The notes beneath the pieces were generated by a model, which had not been told where the DNA came from, ran no database searches, and saw nothing but the letters and a program-made list of their open reading frames with translations. This document shows positions 17,554 to 27,343 of a stretch of 64,000 nt of DNA, one piece after another; the first letter of the stretch is position 1, and every line of letters begins with the position of its first letter. Origin of the DNA: Verrucomicrobiaceae bacterium (GTDB taxonomy: Bacteria; Verrucomicrobiota; Verrucomicrobiia; Verrucomicrobiales; Akkermansiaceae); NCBI GenBank assembly GCA_051252135.1, contig JBPOGH010000002.1:96001-160000 (forward strand), written 5' to 3'. The position numbers and the translations under genes were made by a program.

Positions 17554-17724
17554 GGTGTGAGGTTGAAGGGTGAATGTGGAAGAGTGAAGGATGAATGCGG
17601 GCGAGTGAGAGAACTTTTAATCCGATATGGCCTTCTACGAGATAAGAGTTCATCTAATTTGCATGAAGGAGATGGGATACTATTTTTGAATGGACAGTAT
17701 AATGCCCTGTCGTCATTTTTGGTC

Positions 17725-18765
17725 ATGATGAAATGGTGTCAGAAGGAGAGATACGAGACGAGAATTGGTCGTCTTGTGATTATAGGGGTCCTTGGGGGAG
17801 TAATGACATCGGCGGCCGACGATGATTTCTTTGCGAAGCTGTCGATATCGGCACGCGCGGGCAACACCGGCGCGGAGCTAAAGGCCTTTGGGCAAGGGGC
17901 TGAATTCGAAGGATATCACCCAAATCTTAATACCTTGGGTGGAATCAACGACGATCCTCCTTTCCGAGGGGGATCGGCTGAAGTTTCGGGGAGCGTTTTC
18001 AAAGGAGGAGGATTTGCGAATGGTGAGGCGCAGGCTTTTTGTAGTTCGGATGATGATGAAGGAACTGAATTTGAAGCGAATGCGACAAGCTATACGACCT
18101 TCTCGGGTTCAGATATTTTGAGTTTCGTTAGCAGTGATGCGTTGGAGGTTACTTTTCGGCTGATAGCGGTTGGAAATATCAGCCTTCCCGATGCCTCCGG
18201 TGTCAATGAACGAGCTGCGGGGTCGGTGCAAATCAGAAGGACGAGTCAGAATGCAATGGGGGATGTTACCAATCCATTTGGACAGACTATCGGTTCGGCT
18301 TCAGCATTTGCGAATTCGTTCAACTCGATCGACCAAGATGTCGTGGAGGTCACTTTCGAAGTGCAGCCCGGTGAGAAAATTTATCAGGCATTTACGGGAA
18401 CTCTGGACCTCAATTTTTCGGTCGATGAGGGCGAGCGCGCTTTTCACAAGGGGGCACTTAGAGTGATTTCTTATATTACTTCGATTAAGAAGGATGGGGT
18501 AGAGGTCGAGGTGGAGGTGAGTTCCCACAACGGGGCGGGATGGTTGACGGCGGACTTTCCGATGGGGGCGGAAATCCAGAAGATTGAGAAGACAGAAGAA
18601 GGTGTCTCCTTGGAGGTATTTCCCGGTACTGAGAATGATCTTTCGCTGTGGCGCTCCGAGGATTTGATCATTTGGGAGATGGTGCCTGGAGCGATCAACG
18701 GGTCGGCGCTCATGGACTCGAATTTGTTGAATCGCGCCTTTTATGAGCTGAGGAGTTCGGAGTAA
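17725..18765 (+). CDS. Hypothetical secreted protein with Verrucomicrobia-style C-terminal domain
   Basis: Only the 3' part of ORF 16780-18765 is plausible (the 5' part is antisense to the amidohydrolase). Hydrophobic leader LVIIGVLGGVMTSAA; C-terminus LWRSEDLIIW..D..RAFYEL. Start uncertain. Confidence 0.65.
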   Translation: MMKWCQKERYETRIGRLVIIGVLGGVMTSAADDDFFAKLSISARAGNTGAELKAFGQGAEFEGYHPNLNTLGGINDDPPFRGGSAEVSGSVFKGGGFANGEAQAFCSSDDDEGTEFEANATSYTTFSGSDILSFVSSDALEVTFRLIAVGNISLPDASGVNERAAGSVQIRRTSQNAMGDVTNPFGQTIGSASAFANSFNSIDQDVVEVTFEVQPGEKIYQAFTGTLDLNFSVDEGERAFHKGALRVISYITSIKKDGVEVEVEVSSHNGAGWLTADFPMGAEIQKIEKTEEGVSLEVFPGTENDLSLWRSEDLIIWEMVPGAINGSALMDSNLLNRAFYELRSSE

Positions 18766-18870
18766 GGATCCTTCGATTTTGGGGTCGTTTCATTTTAGGT
18801 TCAGATCAAGATCCGGCCTATGCAAAACAATGCAATTTACATTAATTAAGTTGGGTCTAAGCTCAAAGAG

Positions 18871-21087
18871 ATGAGCAAGAAGCCTAGAAACTATCTTTTG
18901 GTAGGATTGATTTTCCCCGTAGTTGCGAGCGGAGAAATTATTTCGATTGGTGATGGCAGTTATACGACGGAGCGGCCGGAGGGATGTGAGGCCTTGCCGG
19001 GTGCGGAGGAGATTTATCGAACGGCAGACCTAACGGGGCCGGTGCCGACGAACCAGTGGTGGAGTTCTTTGGTGTGGGAGAAGTTTTCGCAGAACATGTT
19101 TCCGCATCCGCTGGGGATGGTGTGTCACGAGGCGGGGTTGGGGGTGAGTTATCCGGGGGGCGGGATCGATGGCAAGTCGGGGAATATCATGGGCGGCGGG
19201 GTGTCGAAGGGGGGTGATTTTTCGATCGGGCATTCGGCGATGGCGGAATTTCCGGATGCGCGCTTGGCGGGGAATTCGGACTGGATGATCACGGCGGAAT
19301 TTGCGGAGGGGGAGGCGAAGCTGCGGACGAGCTTTGGGCACGGGAGTCCTTTTGTTTTTGGGGAGGTGGAAGGTGGCGAGGTGGTGCTGACGATGGCGCA
19401 CAAGCCGATTGTTTGGGAAGGGGAAAAAGGGGATGCGGTGATTGGGCTGACGGTGCGCGGGAGTCACTATGGTTTGTTTGGAGGGAGGGGATCGAAGTGG
19501 ACGGGGCTTGAGGGGACGGTGGTGAGGAATGAGAAGGGGAAGGGGTATTTTTCGGTGGCTTTGTTACCGAAGGGTGATGAAAAGACGCTGAAGATGTTTG
19601 CGAAGCATGCGCATCTGCATGTGGTGGATACGCGGGTGGTGCCGAAGGTTGAGAAGGGTGAGGTGAGTTCGACTTATCGGGTGGTAACGAAGGCGATGGA
19701 GGGAAAGGGTGAGGGAACGATTTTGGCGCTTTATCCGCATCAGTGGAAATACAGTGAGGCGAAGCTGAGTGAGCTGAGTTATCGCTCGGTGCGGGGTGAG
19801 ATGAAGGTGTTTGCGGGGGAGGAGTTTACGACCCGGGTTCCGGTGCAGGGCTTGCTGCCGATGCTGCCGAAGGAGGGGATTGCGGATCGTGAGCGGATGG
19901 TGGCTTATCTGAAGAAGGAGGCGGGTCCGCTGAAGGATGAATACGGTGATACCTACTGGGAGGGGAAGCATCTCGGGAAGTTGGCGACGCTGAGCGGGAT
20001 TGCGGAGATGGTGGGCGAGGATGCGTTGGTGGATCGGTTTGCGGGAGAAATTGCGAGTCGGTTGGAGAACTGGCTGACGGCATCGGAAGGCGAGAAGGCT
20101 CCGTTGTTTTATTATGACAAGACGTGGGGGAGTTTGATTGGGAGTCGTGCTTCGTATGGAAGTGATTCGCAGTTGAACGATCACCATTTTCACTATGGAT
20201 ATTTTATTCGGGCGGCGGCGGAAGTGGCACGGCTGGATCCGGAGTGGGCGAAGAAGTGGGGGCCGATGATCAATTTGATTATTGAAGATATTGCTTCGGC
20301 GAAGCGGGGGGATGAGATGTTTCCTTATCTGCGTTGCTTCGATTTGTATGCGGGGCACTCGTGGGCGTCGGGGCACGCGAAGTTTGGGGACGGGAACAAT
20401 CAGGAGTCATCATCGGAGTCGCTCAACGCGTGGTATGGGATGATGCTGTGGGGCGAGGTGACGGGTGATGAGGGGATTCGGGATTTGGGGACGTTTCTGT
20501 TCAACACCGAGCGGACAGCGGTGGAGGAGTATTGGTTTGATGTATCGGGGACGAACTTCCCGAAGGATTTTCCGAATGTGGCGTTGGGAATGATTTGGGG
20601 AGGGAAGGGGGCGTTTGCGACGTGGTTCTCGGGAGATATCGATTGCATTCACGGGATCAACTGGCTGCCGTTTACTCCGGCATCGATTTACATGGGGAGG
20701 CATCCGGAATACGTGAAGAAGAACCACGATATGATTGTGTCGCGTCGTGAAGGCGGAGCGGACTACAACAATGGTTGGGGAGATTTGGTGGTGATGTTTG
20801 GTGCGCTGGAGAATCCGAAGATTGGGGTGGATTATCTGAACGGGCTTCCGGAGTGTTCACTGGAAGGAGGAAATACGCATGCGTTTATGTATCAGTGGAT
20901 GAACACCCTGGATCGTCTGGGGAGGAATGATGCGGGAGTGAGGGCGGATTATCCATTTACCAATGTGTTCTTGAAGGAGGGCAAGAAGACCTATGCGGCT
21001 TATAATTTTGGGAAGAAGCCTTTAAAGGTGACTTTTTCCGACGGGACGGTGATGAAGGCGGAGCCGGACGGGATGACGGTGAAGTGA
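18871..21087 (+). CDS. GH81 endo-beta-1,3-glucanase (laminarinase-like)
   Basis: PTNQWWSSL, LNDHHFHYGY, FDLYAGHSWASG, GNNQESSSES, HGINWLP are GH81 signature motifs. Confidence 0.9.
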   Translation: MSKKPRNYLLVGLIFPVVASGEIISIGDGSYTTERPEGCEALPGAEEIYRTADLTGPVPTNQWWSSLVWEKFSQNMFPHPLGMVCHEAGLGVSYPGGGIDGKSGNIMGGGVSKGGDFSIGHSAMAEFPDARLAGNSDWMITAEFAEGEAKLRTSFGHGSPFVFGEVEGGEVVLTMAHKPIVWEGEKGDAVIGLTVRGSHYGLFGGRGSKWTGLEGTVVRNEKGKGYFSVALLPKGDEKTLKMFAKHAHLHVVDTRVVPKVEKGEVSSTYRVVTKAMEGKGEGTILALYPHQWKYSEAKLSELSYRSVRGEMKVFAGEEFTTRVPVQGLLPMLPKEGIADRERMVAYLKKEAGPLKDEYGDTYWEGKHLGKLATLSGIAEMVGEDALVDRFAGEIASRLENWLTASEGEKAPLFYYDKTWGSLIGSRASYGSDSQLNDHHFHYGYFIRAAAEVARLDPEWAKKWGPMINLIIEDIASAKRGDEMFPYLRCFDLYAGHSWASGHAKFGDGNNQESSSESLNAWYGMMLWGEVTGDEGIRDLGTFLFNTERTAVEEYWFDVSGTNFPKDFPNVALGMIWGGKGAFATWFSGDIDCIHGINWLPFTPASIYMGRHPEYVKKNHDMIVSRREGGADYNNGWGDLVVMFGALENPKIGVDYLNGLPECSLEGGNTHAFMYQWMNTLDRLGRNDAGVRADYPFTNVFLKEGKKTYAAYNFGKKPLKVTFSDGTVMKAEPDGMTVK

Positions 21088-21319
21088 AGGTGCGGTCATT
21101 TTGTTGGAATCATTTAACTGTGGTCGGATCAAGGGGGTGGAATTATAATTTAAAAATTCTAGATAGTGTTAGCCGATAGGGATTCGACATGATTCAGATT
21201 CATGATGATTCCACTTCTGTAACATTTGTTAGAAAATAATTAATTGACGGTACACTTAAAACGATCATAAGGGCGCTGCGTTCCGGGTCCCCCCGACGGG
21301 TCGTGCAATCTTATTTAGC

Positions 21320-22195
21320 ATGAAAGCATCTTATAAAATACAGCGTCAATTAAGCGGGAGTGGGAAGTTTTTGCGATACTCCCTGGTGGGGGTCGGTTCT
21401 TTGGCCCTGGCAGGGATCATGAATGCCGCGGTGATTGCTGGCACCGGTTCCGGAATGGGTCTTTCGGTCGAAGTGGCTGTTGGAGGAGTGACTGGAATCA
21501 CGGTGGGACCGGAAGCGCAGATTCAGGTGACGTCTCCCGGTCCCGATTCTCTGAATGCTTCGGTCTTAGCGGTGAACGAGACCGTGACGATGCTGGGATC
21601 GGTGGGCGCGCAGAATGGGGTCGACAATGCCATTGTGGGTTCGGCCTTTTCAGATGTGACGGGAGTGGGGACGACGGGAAATTCCAGTGGTTCTTCGACG
21701 GTTCATCAACTTGGGATCACGTTGGTTCCGGGGGTGGCGCTGACGCCTGATTTTTTATCTCTGAGTTCAACGGCCATCAGTTCCACGACCAGCAGCACCG
21801 GTCAATTTGGAGCGTTGAGCTCGACCGGATCGGTGGTTCTGACCGACCTGGTGATTGTGGTTGATGGGGTGACACTGGCGCTGGCTTCCAATCCTCCGCC
21901 CAATACGATTGTGGATCTGGCGGCGTCCGGAATCACGGATACCGATATATTGGCCAACCTTACGATTATTTTAAATGAACAGGTCGCAACGGGAGATGGT
22001 TTGGAGTCGACCGGTTTGACGACGAATGCCTTGAGGATTTCCCTGGGGGCAATTGATCTGGGCCTGCCTGGCGGGAATGTGGTGAGCGAGATCATTGCCG
22101 GGCAATCGAGCTCGTCGATGAGTGCGGTTCCGGAGCCCTCTGTTTTCGCGCTGTTGGCGTTTTTTCCGGGAATGATGCTGTTGCGCCGTCGATAA
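21320..22195 (+). CDS. PEP-CTERM protein (choice-of-anchor P-like passenger)
   Basis: Ser/Thr/Gly-rich body, PPPNT..IILNEQ..TNALRI motif; C-terminus VPEPSVFALLAFFPGMMLLRRR. Confidence 0.85.
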   Translation: MKASYKIQRQLSGSGKFLRYSLVGVGSLALAGIMNAAVIAGTGSGMGLSVEVAVGGVTGITVGPEAQIQVTSPGPDSLNASVLAVNETVTMLGSVGAQNGVDNAIVGSAFSDVTGVGTTGNSSGSSTVHQLGITLVPGVALTPDFLSLSSTAISSTTSSTGQFGALSSTGSVVLTDLVIVVDGVTLALASNPPPNTIVDLAASGITDTDILANLTIILNEQVATGDGLESTGLTTNALRISLGAIDLGLPGGNVVSEIIAGQSSSSMSAVPEPSVFALLAFFPGMMLLRRR

Positions 22196-22292
22196 GACGG
22201 GGAATCGGTTCTATACCGGATTGAATTTTGTTGCGGGGGCAATGGATGGCCCCTGCGAGGAAAAGTGGAGACCGGGGGCACCGTAAAACGAA

Positions 22293-22946
22293 TTGATTGC
22301 CGGGCTCCCTCCTTTGGTCTTGAATCAGGGCATCACGACGTCGATCCAAAATAAAGAGAGTCCCTCACTTTTGCTTCAATTGCGTGAGAAGACCGCCTCG
22401 GCCCACCGGGAACTGGATGAAGGTCTTGAGGTGGAGAGGATTGTGGCATCCCGGGAACCGTATCTGGCTTATCTGGAGGGGTTTCGTGATGGGTTTCTTG
22501 AAACCTGCGGGATGATCAATTGGTCGGAGTTGTCGGCCCACGGAGCTCCGGATCTAGAGAGACGGCAGGAGCGTTTTGTGTGTCTTTTTCACGATATTTC
22601 CGAATTGAAAGAGGGAGGTGGGAGTCCGCCGGATCTTTCGTTCAAGGAGGGGGGGGCAACGGGTTTTGCTTGTTCTCTGGGTGCCTTCTACGTGTTGGAA
22701 GGCAGTGTGCACGGCGGGCACCAGATCTTAAAATTGCTGCAGCAGAATGTCGTGGATCTGCGCGAGGAGGAATGTGGGTTTGTGAAGGGATTTGGCGGCG
22801 AGAACGGCCCTTTTTGGAAGAGGTTTTGTGTGTGGATGGATTCGGTGAGTCTTGATCCTTCGGAACAGGAGGTTGCGGTTGAAGCAGCGCTTCAGACCTT
22901 TGGTATTTTTAAGCGGAACTTTCAGGACTCCGATCATTTAAAATGA
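22293..22946 (+). CDS. bphO: Biliverdin-producing heme oxygenase
   Basis: LREKTASAHRELD (heme-ligand His), GAFYVLEGSVHGG, WKRF; overlaps the start of the phytochrome gene. Start uncertain. Confidence 0.85.
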   Translation: MIAGLPPLVLNQGITTSIQNKESPSLLLQLREKTASAHRELDEGLEVERIVASREPYLAYLEGFRDGFLETCGMINWSELSAHGAPDLERRQERFVCLFHDISELKEGGGSPPDLSFKEGGATGFACSLGAFYVLEGSVHGGHQILKLLQQNVVDLREEECGFVKGFGGENGPFWKRFCVWMDSVSLDPSEQEVAVEAALQTFGIFKRNFQDSDHLK

Positions 22947-25150
22947 AGCCGACCTCACTTCAAAATTGCGCGGACGAGCCGATCACGATTCCGGGTTCGG
23001 TTCAGGGGCACGGGGTTCTTTTTGCGCTGCACGGGAAGACCCTGGTGATCGAGCAGGTGAGTGCGAATTGTGCCGACTTGCTTGGGGTGAGTGCGGAAGA
23101 ATTGCTGGGGACCTCGATTGTGGGACTGGTGAAGCCATCGCAAGAGGAGCGCTTTGTGTGGCTGGTCAATGAGGCTGCCGAGAATCACATCAATCCGATT
23201 GAGAATGATTTTCTGAGGAGTGACGGTTCGTTTCTCCGATGCAACGGCATTGCCCATGTGATCGGGAATGACATCACCTTGCTTGAGCTTGAGCCCAAGA
23301 ATCTCGAGGACGTTTCCGGCGAGAGTCTCGATAATTATTTCCAGTTGGTGCAGCAAACCCTGCAAGCGAGTTCGTCGCTTTCGACGACTGATGAGATCAG
23401 CGGTCTGATGGCGAGACGGGTGAAGAAGTTCACCGGTTTTGACCGGGTGTTGATTTATCGTTTTGCGGCAGACGGGAGTGGCGAGGTGATCGGGGAGGCC
23501 TGTGAGCCGGAGATGGAGCCTTTTCTGCATCTGCACTATCCTGCCAGTGATATTCCTCCGCAGGCGCGAGAGCTTTATCTGAAGAATTGGGTTCGTCTGC
23601 TTCGTGATACCGACGCCGAAGTTTCGCCCATTCTTCCGGTGAGTCACCCGCGGTTGGGATCACCGACGCCTCTTGATCGCTCGGTTCTGAGGAGTATGTC
23701 TCCGATCCATCTTCAGTATCTCCGGAATATGGGGGTGCGGGCGACGTTGACGATCTCGTTGATTGTGGATGGGAAGCTTTGGGGTTTGATTGCCTGCCAT
23801 CATTCGTCACCGCGCTTTGTTTCGTATGGGGTGCGGTCCACTTCCTCGCTTTTTGGGGTGGTGTTGTCCGGGGAGTTGGCACGGGCGGAAAGTGCGAAGA
23901 AAACGATTGACCGGGTCACCTCGGAGCAGGCTGTGGCGCGTCTGCTGGGGACGATGGATCCGACGGAGTCGGTGGATCATTCGATTTCGAAGTGCCTTAC
24001 GGGTCTTGCCGATATTTTCAAGGCGGACGGGGTGGCCTATGTGGACCGGGAGTCGATTATTTCGCAGGGAAGTTGCCCCGACGATGAGGGGATCCGGTTT
24101 ATCCGGACCAGACTGGGGTTGGAGGGGAAGGAGGATATTATTTTGACGGATGCGGTGCGTGAGGAGTTTCCGGAGCTGTCCCAATTTCTCCCGCAAGCGG
24201 CGGGATTGATTGCGATTCCGTTTGGAAGTGAGACCTGGATAATGATTTTCCGCGACGAGGCTCCGATATCGATTCGTTGGGGGGGGAATCCCAATGTTGA
24301 TAAAGGGAAGGATGATCCCGGGAGGCTCACGCCGCGGGCGAGCTTTCAAGCATGGACGGAGGAAGTGGCGGGGCACTCGCTACCCTGGCCGGATCATACG
24401 GGCCTGATTGTTGATGAGCTTCGTTCAGGGTTGGCTGTTCTTGTGATGTCTCGAAATCGGATTCTTGAGAATTCCAATGAGGAGTTGAGGCATTTTGCGA
24501 GCGTGATCGCCCATGAGGTGAAATCGCAGCTGCAACCGCCCTTGATGGCGCTTTGTTTGGTGAAGGAGCAGGCACCGGAGGGGCAGCTGGAGTCGATGAT
24601 TGATTTGGGACTGAACTCGCTTTCGACCTTATCGGAATTCACCTCCGAGATGCTTCAGTTTGCCCATATGGAGGTGGATGCTGCGGAGTTTGACGAAGTG
24701 GATTTGAAGGAGGTGGCGGAGTTGGCGGTGGAGCAAGCGGTGGAATCACTGGCGATGGACGGGGTGGAGGTGACGATCGGGAATCTTCCTGCCCGTAGGA
24801 CGTCCCGGAGTCAGGCCCAGCATCTTTTTTTGAATCTGGTGAAGAACGCGTTCATTCACGGACCGGATGAGAAGCGGGAGGAGTTTGCGGTGGAGGTGGG
24901 AAATGAAGAGACGGGAAAGGGGCAGGTTTTCTATGTGAGGGACAACGGTCGTGGAATTCCCGAGGAGGAGCAGGAGAAGATTTTTGAGTATTTTTACCGG
25001 GGAGCGAGTAGCAAGAGCCGGACAGGGACGGGCATTGGGCTTGGTTTTATCAAGCGTCTTCTGGAGCGGGGCGGCGATTCGATCTGGGTGGAGTCGGTGC
25101 CGGGAGAGGGGACGACGTTTTACTTCACGCTGGGGAAGCAGGGAGGGTAG
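22943..25150 (+). CDS. bphP: Bacteriophytochrome histidine kinase (PAS-GAF-PHY-HisKA-HATPase)
   Basis: N-terminal bilin Cys (LQNCADEPITIPGSVQGHG), FDRVLIYRF, YPASDIPPQAR, HLQYLRNMG, WGG, PRASF; AHEVK, NLVKNA, DNGRGI, GTGIGLG. Confidence 0.95.
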   Translation: MKPTSLQNCADEPITIPGSVQGHGVLFALHGKTLVIEQVSANCADLLGVSAEELLGTSIVGLVKPSQEERFVWLVNEAAENHINPIENDFLRSDGSFLRCNGIAHVIGNDITLLELEPKNLEDVSGESLDNYFQLVQQTLQASSSLSTTDEISGLMARRVKKFTGFDRVLIYRFAADGSGEVIGEACEPEMEPFLHLHYPASDIPPQARELYLKNWVRLLRDTDAEVSPILPVSHPRLGSPTPLDRSVLRSMSPIHLQYLRNMGVRATLTISLIVDGKLWGLIACHHSSPRFVSYGVRSTSSLFGVVLSGELARAESAKKTIDRVTSEQAVARLLGTMDPTESVDHSISKCLTGLADIFKADGVAYVDRESIISQGSCPDDEGIRFIRTRLGLEGKEDIILTDAVREEFPELSQFLPQAAGLIAIPFGSETWIMIFRDEAPISIRWGGNPNVDKGKDDPGRLTPRASFQAWTEEVAGHSLPWPDHTGLIVDELRSGLAVLVMSRNRILENSNEELRHFASVIAHEVKSQLQPPLMALCLVKEQAPEGQLESMIDLGLNSLSTLSEFTSEMLQFAHMEVDAAEFDEVDLKEVAELAVEQAVESLAMDGVEVTIGNLPARRTSRSQAQHLFLNLVKNAFIHGPDEKREEFAVEVGNEETGKGQVFYVRDNGRGIPEEEQEKIFEYFYRGASSKSRTGTGIGLGFIKRLLERGGDSIWVESVPGEGTTFYFTLGKQGG

Positions 25151-25157
25151 CGGGCCG

Positions 25158-26207
25158 TTATTTTTTGCCGGTCATCATGGTCCAGTGGCTGCCGTGGGGG
25201 CCGATGCCGATGAGGTTGGCGCCTTGGGAGAACATAATGAAGCGGTGGCCGTCGGAGGCGAACCAGGCGTTGTAGGCGGAGGTGTGGGAGGAGGATCCCA
25301 TGAAGATGTTTTCGCCGGTGGCCTGGTGTTGGAACTTGGCGACGCGGGCGCGGTCCCAGGGGGATTTTTTACCTTCGACGGGGGATTCGTGGGCGAAGAA
25401 GCCGAGGGTGGCCATATCGACGGAGTGTCCCTTGGCGGCGGCGGAGAGGCGCTCGTTGATGAGGAGGGGCGGGATGCCGAAGAGGGTGCGGTTGGCGTTA
25501 AGGAGGGCGGTGAAGTCTTTTTGGGAGGCGTTGGCCCAGGGGAAGGCGGTGTTTTGTTCGGTGGTGGATTTCAGGAGGTCGACTTCTTTGCGAATGGCGG
25601 CGATTTGATTTTTGGTGGTGAGGTAGACTTCGCCATCGAACGAGTCGTTGAGGACTTGTTCGGGGGTGAGGGGGTCTTGTGCGGGCTCGTCTTCATCGAT
25701 GAGCTGGAGCTCGCGGTGGACTTCGACGAGGGCGGTGGTGATGGCGCTGACGGCGGCTTCGAATTTTGCGGAGTCGGCTTTGGCGATTTTGCGGATTTGT
25801 TGGTTGAGGCGGGTGAGGGATTCGACCTCGTTGCGGAGCATTTTGATTTTTCCGGAGTCTTTTTTGTAGTCGGTGTGGATGAGGGGGAAGATGCGTTTGC
25901 GTTCCTGGTCGAGATCTTCGGTGAGGAGGTCGATGCCGTGGAAGGGGTTTTCGTTTTGATCGGCGAGGAGGCGGGCGAGGCGTTTTTCGTGTGCGGCGCG
26001 GGCTTTTTCGAGGGTGGCGCGGTAGACGGGCTTGGCGGATTCGCCGTAGAGCTGGAAGGAGCGGTAGGCGGCCTGGCGGCGTTCGGGGTTTTGGTCCTGC
26101 ATCCACTGGAGGGCTTTGCGGACGGCCATGGCGGGAATTTGTTCTCCTGCTTCCTGGGCGGGGAGGACGGCGATGAGGCCGAGAGTGAGGGCGAGGAGGA
26201 GCTTCAT
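25158..26207 (-). CDS. CAP (SCP-like) domain secreted protein
   Basis: LNANR..AAKGHSVDMA..FFAH..GENI..AWFASDGHR..IGIG. Confidence 0.85.
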   Translation of the reverse strand: MKLLLALTLGLIAVLPAQEAGEQIPAMAVRKALQWMQDQNPERRQAAYRSFQLYGESAKPVYRATLEKARAAHEKRLARLLADQNENPFHGIDLLTEDLDQERKRIFPLIHTDYKKDSGKIKMLRNEVESLTRLNQQIRKIAKADSAKFEAAVSAITTALVEVHRELQLIDEDEPAQDPLTPEQVLNDSFDGEVYLTTKNQIAAIRKEVDLLKSTTEQNTAFPWANASQKDFTALLNANRTLFGIPPLLINERLSAAAKGHSVDMATLGFFAHESPVEGKKSPWDRARVAKFQHQATGENIFMGSSSHTSAYNAWFASDGHRFIMFSQGANLIGIGPHGSHWTMMTGKK

Positions 26208-26302
26208 GGTGTGATGGAAACGGTAGTGAGCGGGGTCACTTTTTCAATATTGGAGTTTTTCATCGCTTGACGGTGGGGCGGGTTCCTTCTTTCGTGGCGG
26301 CC

Positions 26303-26653
26303 ATGCAGCGCATTCAACTGAAGTCCAAGCTTCATCGGGCGATTATCACGCAAGCGGATATCGACTATGAGGGAAGTATCGAAATTCCTTCCGATTTGAT
26401 GGAGGCAGCCGGGCTCTGGGAGGGTGAGCGGGTGCTGGTGACCTCGATGACGGCGGGTGGTCGTCTGGAGACTTACGCGCAGGCGGGCGAGCCTGGGACC
26501 GGCAATATCATCATCAACGGAGGGGCCGCCCATTTGATTAAGAAGGGTGAGCGGGTGACGATCATGGCATTCGGGATTTCGACGGAGCAAATTCTGCCCC
26601 GGCGGCATGTGCTGAATGATCAGAACAAGATCATCAAATCCTCAGGGGTCTGA
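26303..26653 (+). CDS. panD: Aspartate 1-decarboxylase
   Basis: LKSKLHRAIITQADIDYEGSI (G-S self-cleavage site), RLETY, INGGAAHL. Confidence 0.93.
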   Translation: MQRIQLKSKLHRAIITQADIDYEGSIEIPSDLMEAAGLWEGERVLVTSMTAGGRLETYAQAGEPGTGNIIINGGAAHLIKKGERVTIMAFGISTEQILPRRHVLNDQNKIIKSSGV

Positions 26654-27343
26654 TTTTTCGGGCACGGTGGGGAGCTGGATCTTGAGAAGCTCGATGGTGG
26701 AGTGGGCGCGGAGGAGTCCGCCCCGGTAGCGTGAGCTTTCTTCACGGACGATGCCGACTTTGGGTGCGAACCAGTAGTCCTGGAGCATGGTGGTGTCTCC
26801 GGTGTTGTGCTGGAAGGTGACCTTGAAGGCATCGAAGGCGCCGGCGGGGGTGCGGACTTCCTCGAGGCTGACGGTGCGAAATCCGGAGGCATCCTCCGAT
26901 CCGGGTGGCCAGCTCCAGAAGGAGCCGACTTGCATGTGGCGCTGGGCCAGGGGAACGGGAGGTTTGGAGAAGTCGAACAGTCCCTGCGGGCCTTCTTTTG
27001 CGGCAACGAAGAGGAAGTCGCCATTGTATCCGAAGGCGACGTCGGGTTGTTTTTCGTCGTCTTGATGGATGGAGAAGCGGTGGTATTGGCGTTCGTTGTG
27101 TTGAAGGGGGCCGAGGTAGGTGTTCCGGCGGGTGCTGATTTCCGTGGTGATGTCTCCGGGGGTGACCTCACGGGAGAGGTTGCCGGGGATGGTTTTGACG
27201 GTTTCGCGATAGAGCCAGATTTGCCCCGGGGTGGGTTTGAAGAAGGCGGGATCGAGTCGGTCGTTGATCTCCGTGGTTTTTTCGACCGGAGGTTTGCAGG
27301 CACCGAGGAGAAGGAAGGCCAGAGGAATGAGGAAGAGCTTCAT
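26642..27343 (-). CDS. Hypothetical lipoprotein (DUF3108-like)
   Basis: Lipobox LLGAC; EEVRTPAGAFDAFKV..WFAPKVGIVRE. Confidence 0.7.
   Translation of the reverse strand: MKLFLIPLAFLLLGACKPPVEKTTEINDRLDPAFFKPTPGQIWLYRETVKTIPGNLSREVTPGDITTEISTRRNTYLGPLQHNERQYHRFSIHQDDEKQPDVAFGYNGDFLFVAAKEGPQGLFDFSKPPVPLAQRHMQVGSFWSWPPGSEDASGFRTVSLEEVRTPAGAFDAFKVTFQHNTGDTTMLQDYWFAPKVGIVREESSRYRGGLLRAHSTIELLKIQLPTVPEKSDP

Noticed and set aside
17564..17610. Imperfect 21-bp tandem repeat (AAGGGTGAATGTGGAAGAGTG / AAGGATGAATGCGGGCGAGTG)
   Set aside because: Only two degenerate units with no spacers; not CRISPR and no supportable function.
16780..17724. N-terminal half of the 661-aa ORF
   Set aside because: Mostly antisense to the amidohydrolase 16219-17553; the real gene probably starts near 17725.
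21244..21272. Sigma70 promoter candidate (TTGACG)
   Set aside because: The -10 element is poor at canonical spacing.
22196..22292. Hairpin between PEP-CTERM gene and bphO as a possible riboswitch
   Set aside because: GCGGGGGC/GCCCCTGC stem is present but I could not match any riboswitch consensus, and there is no U-tract.
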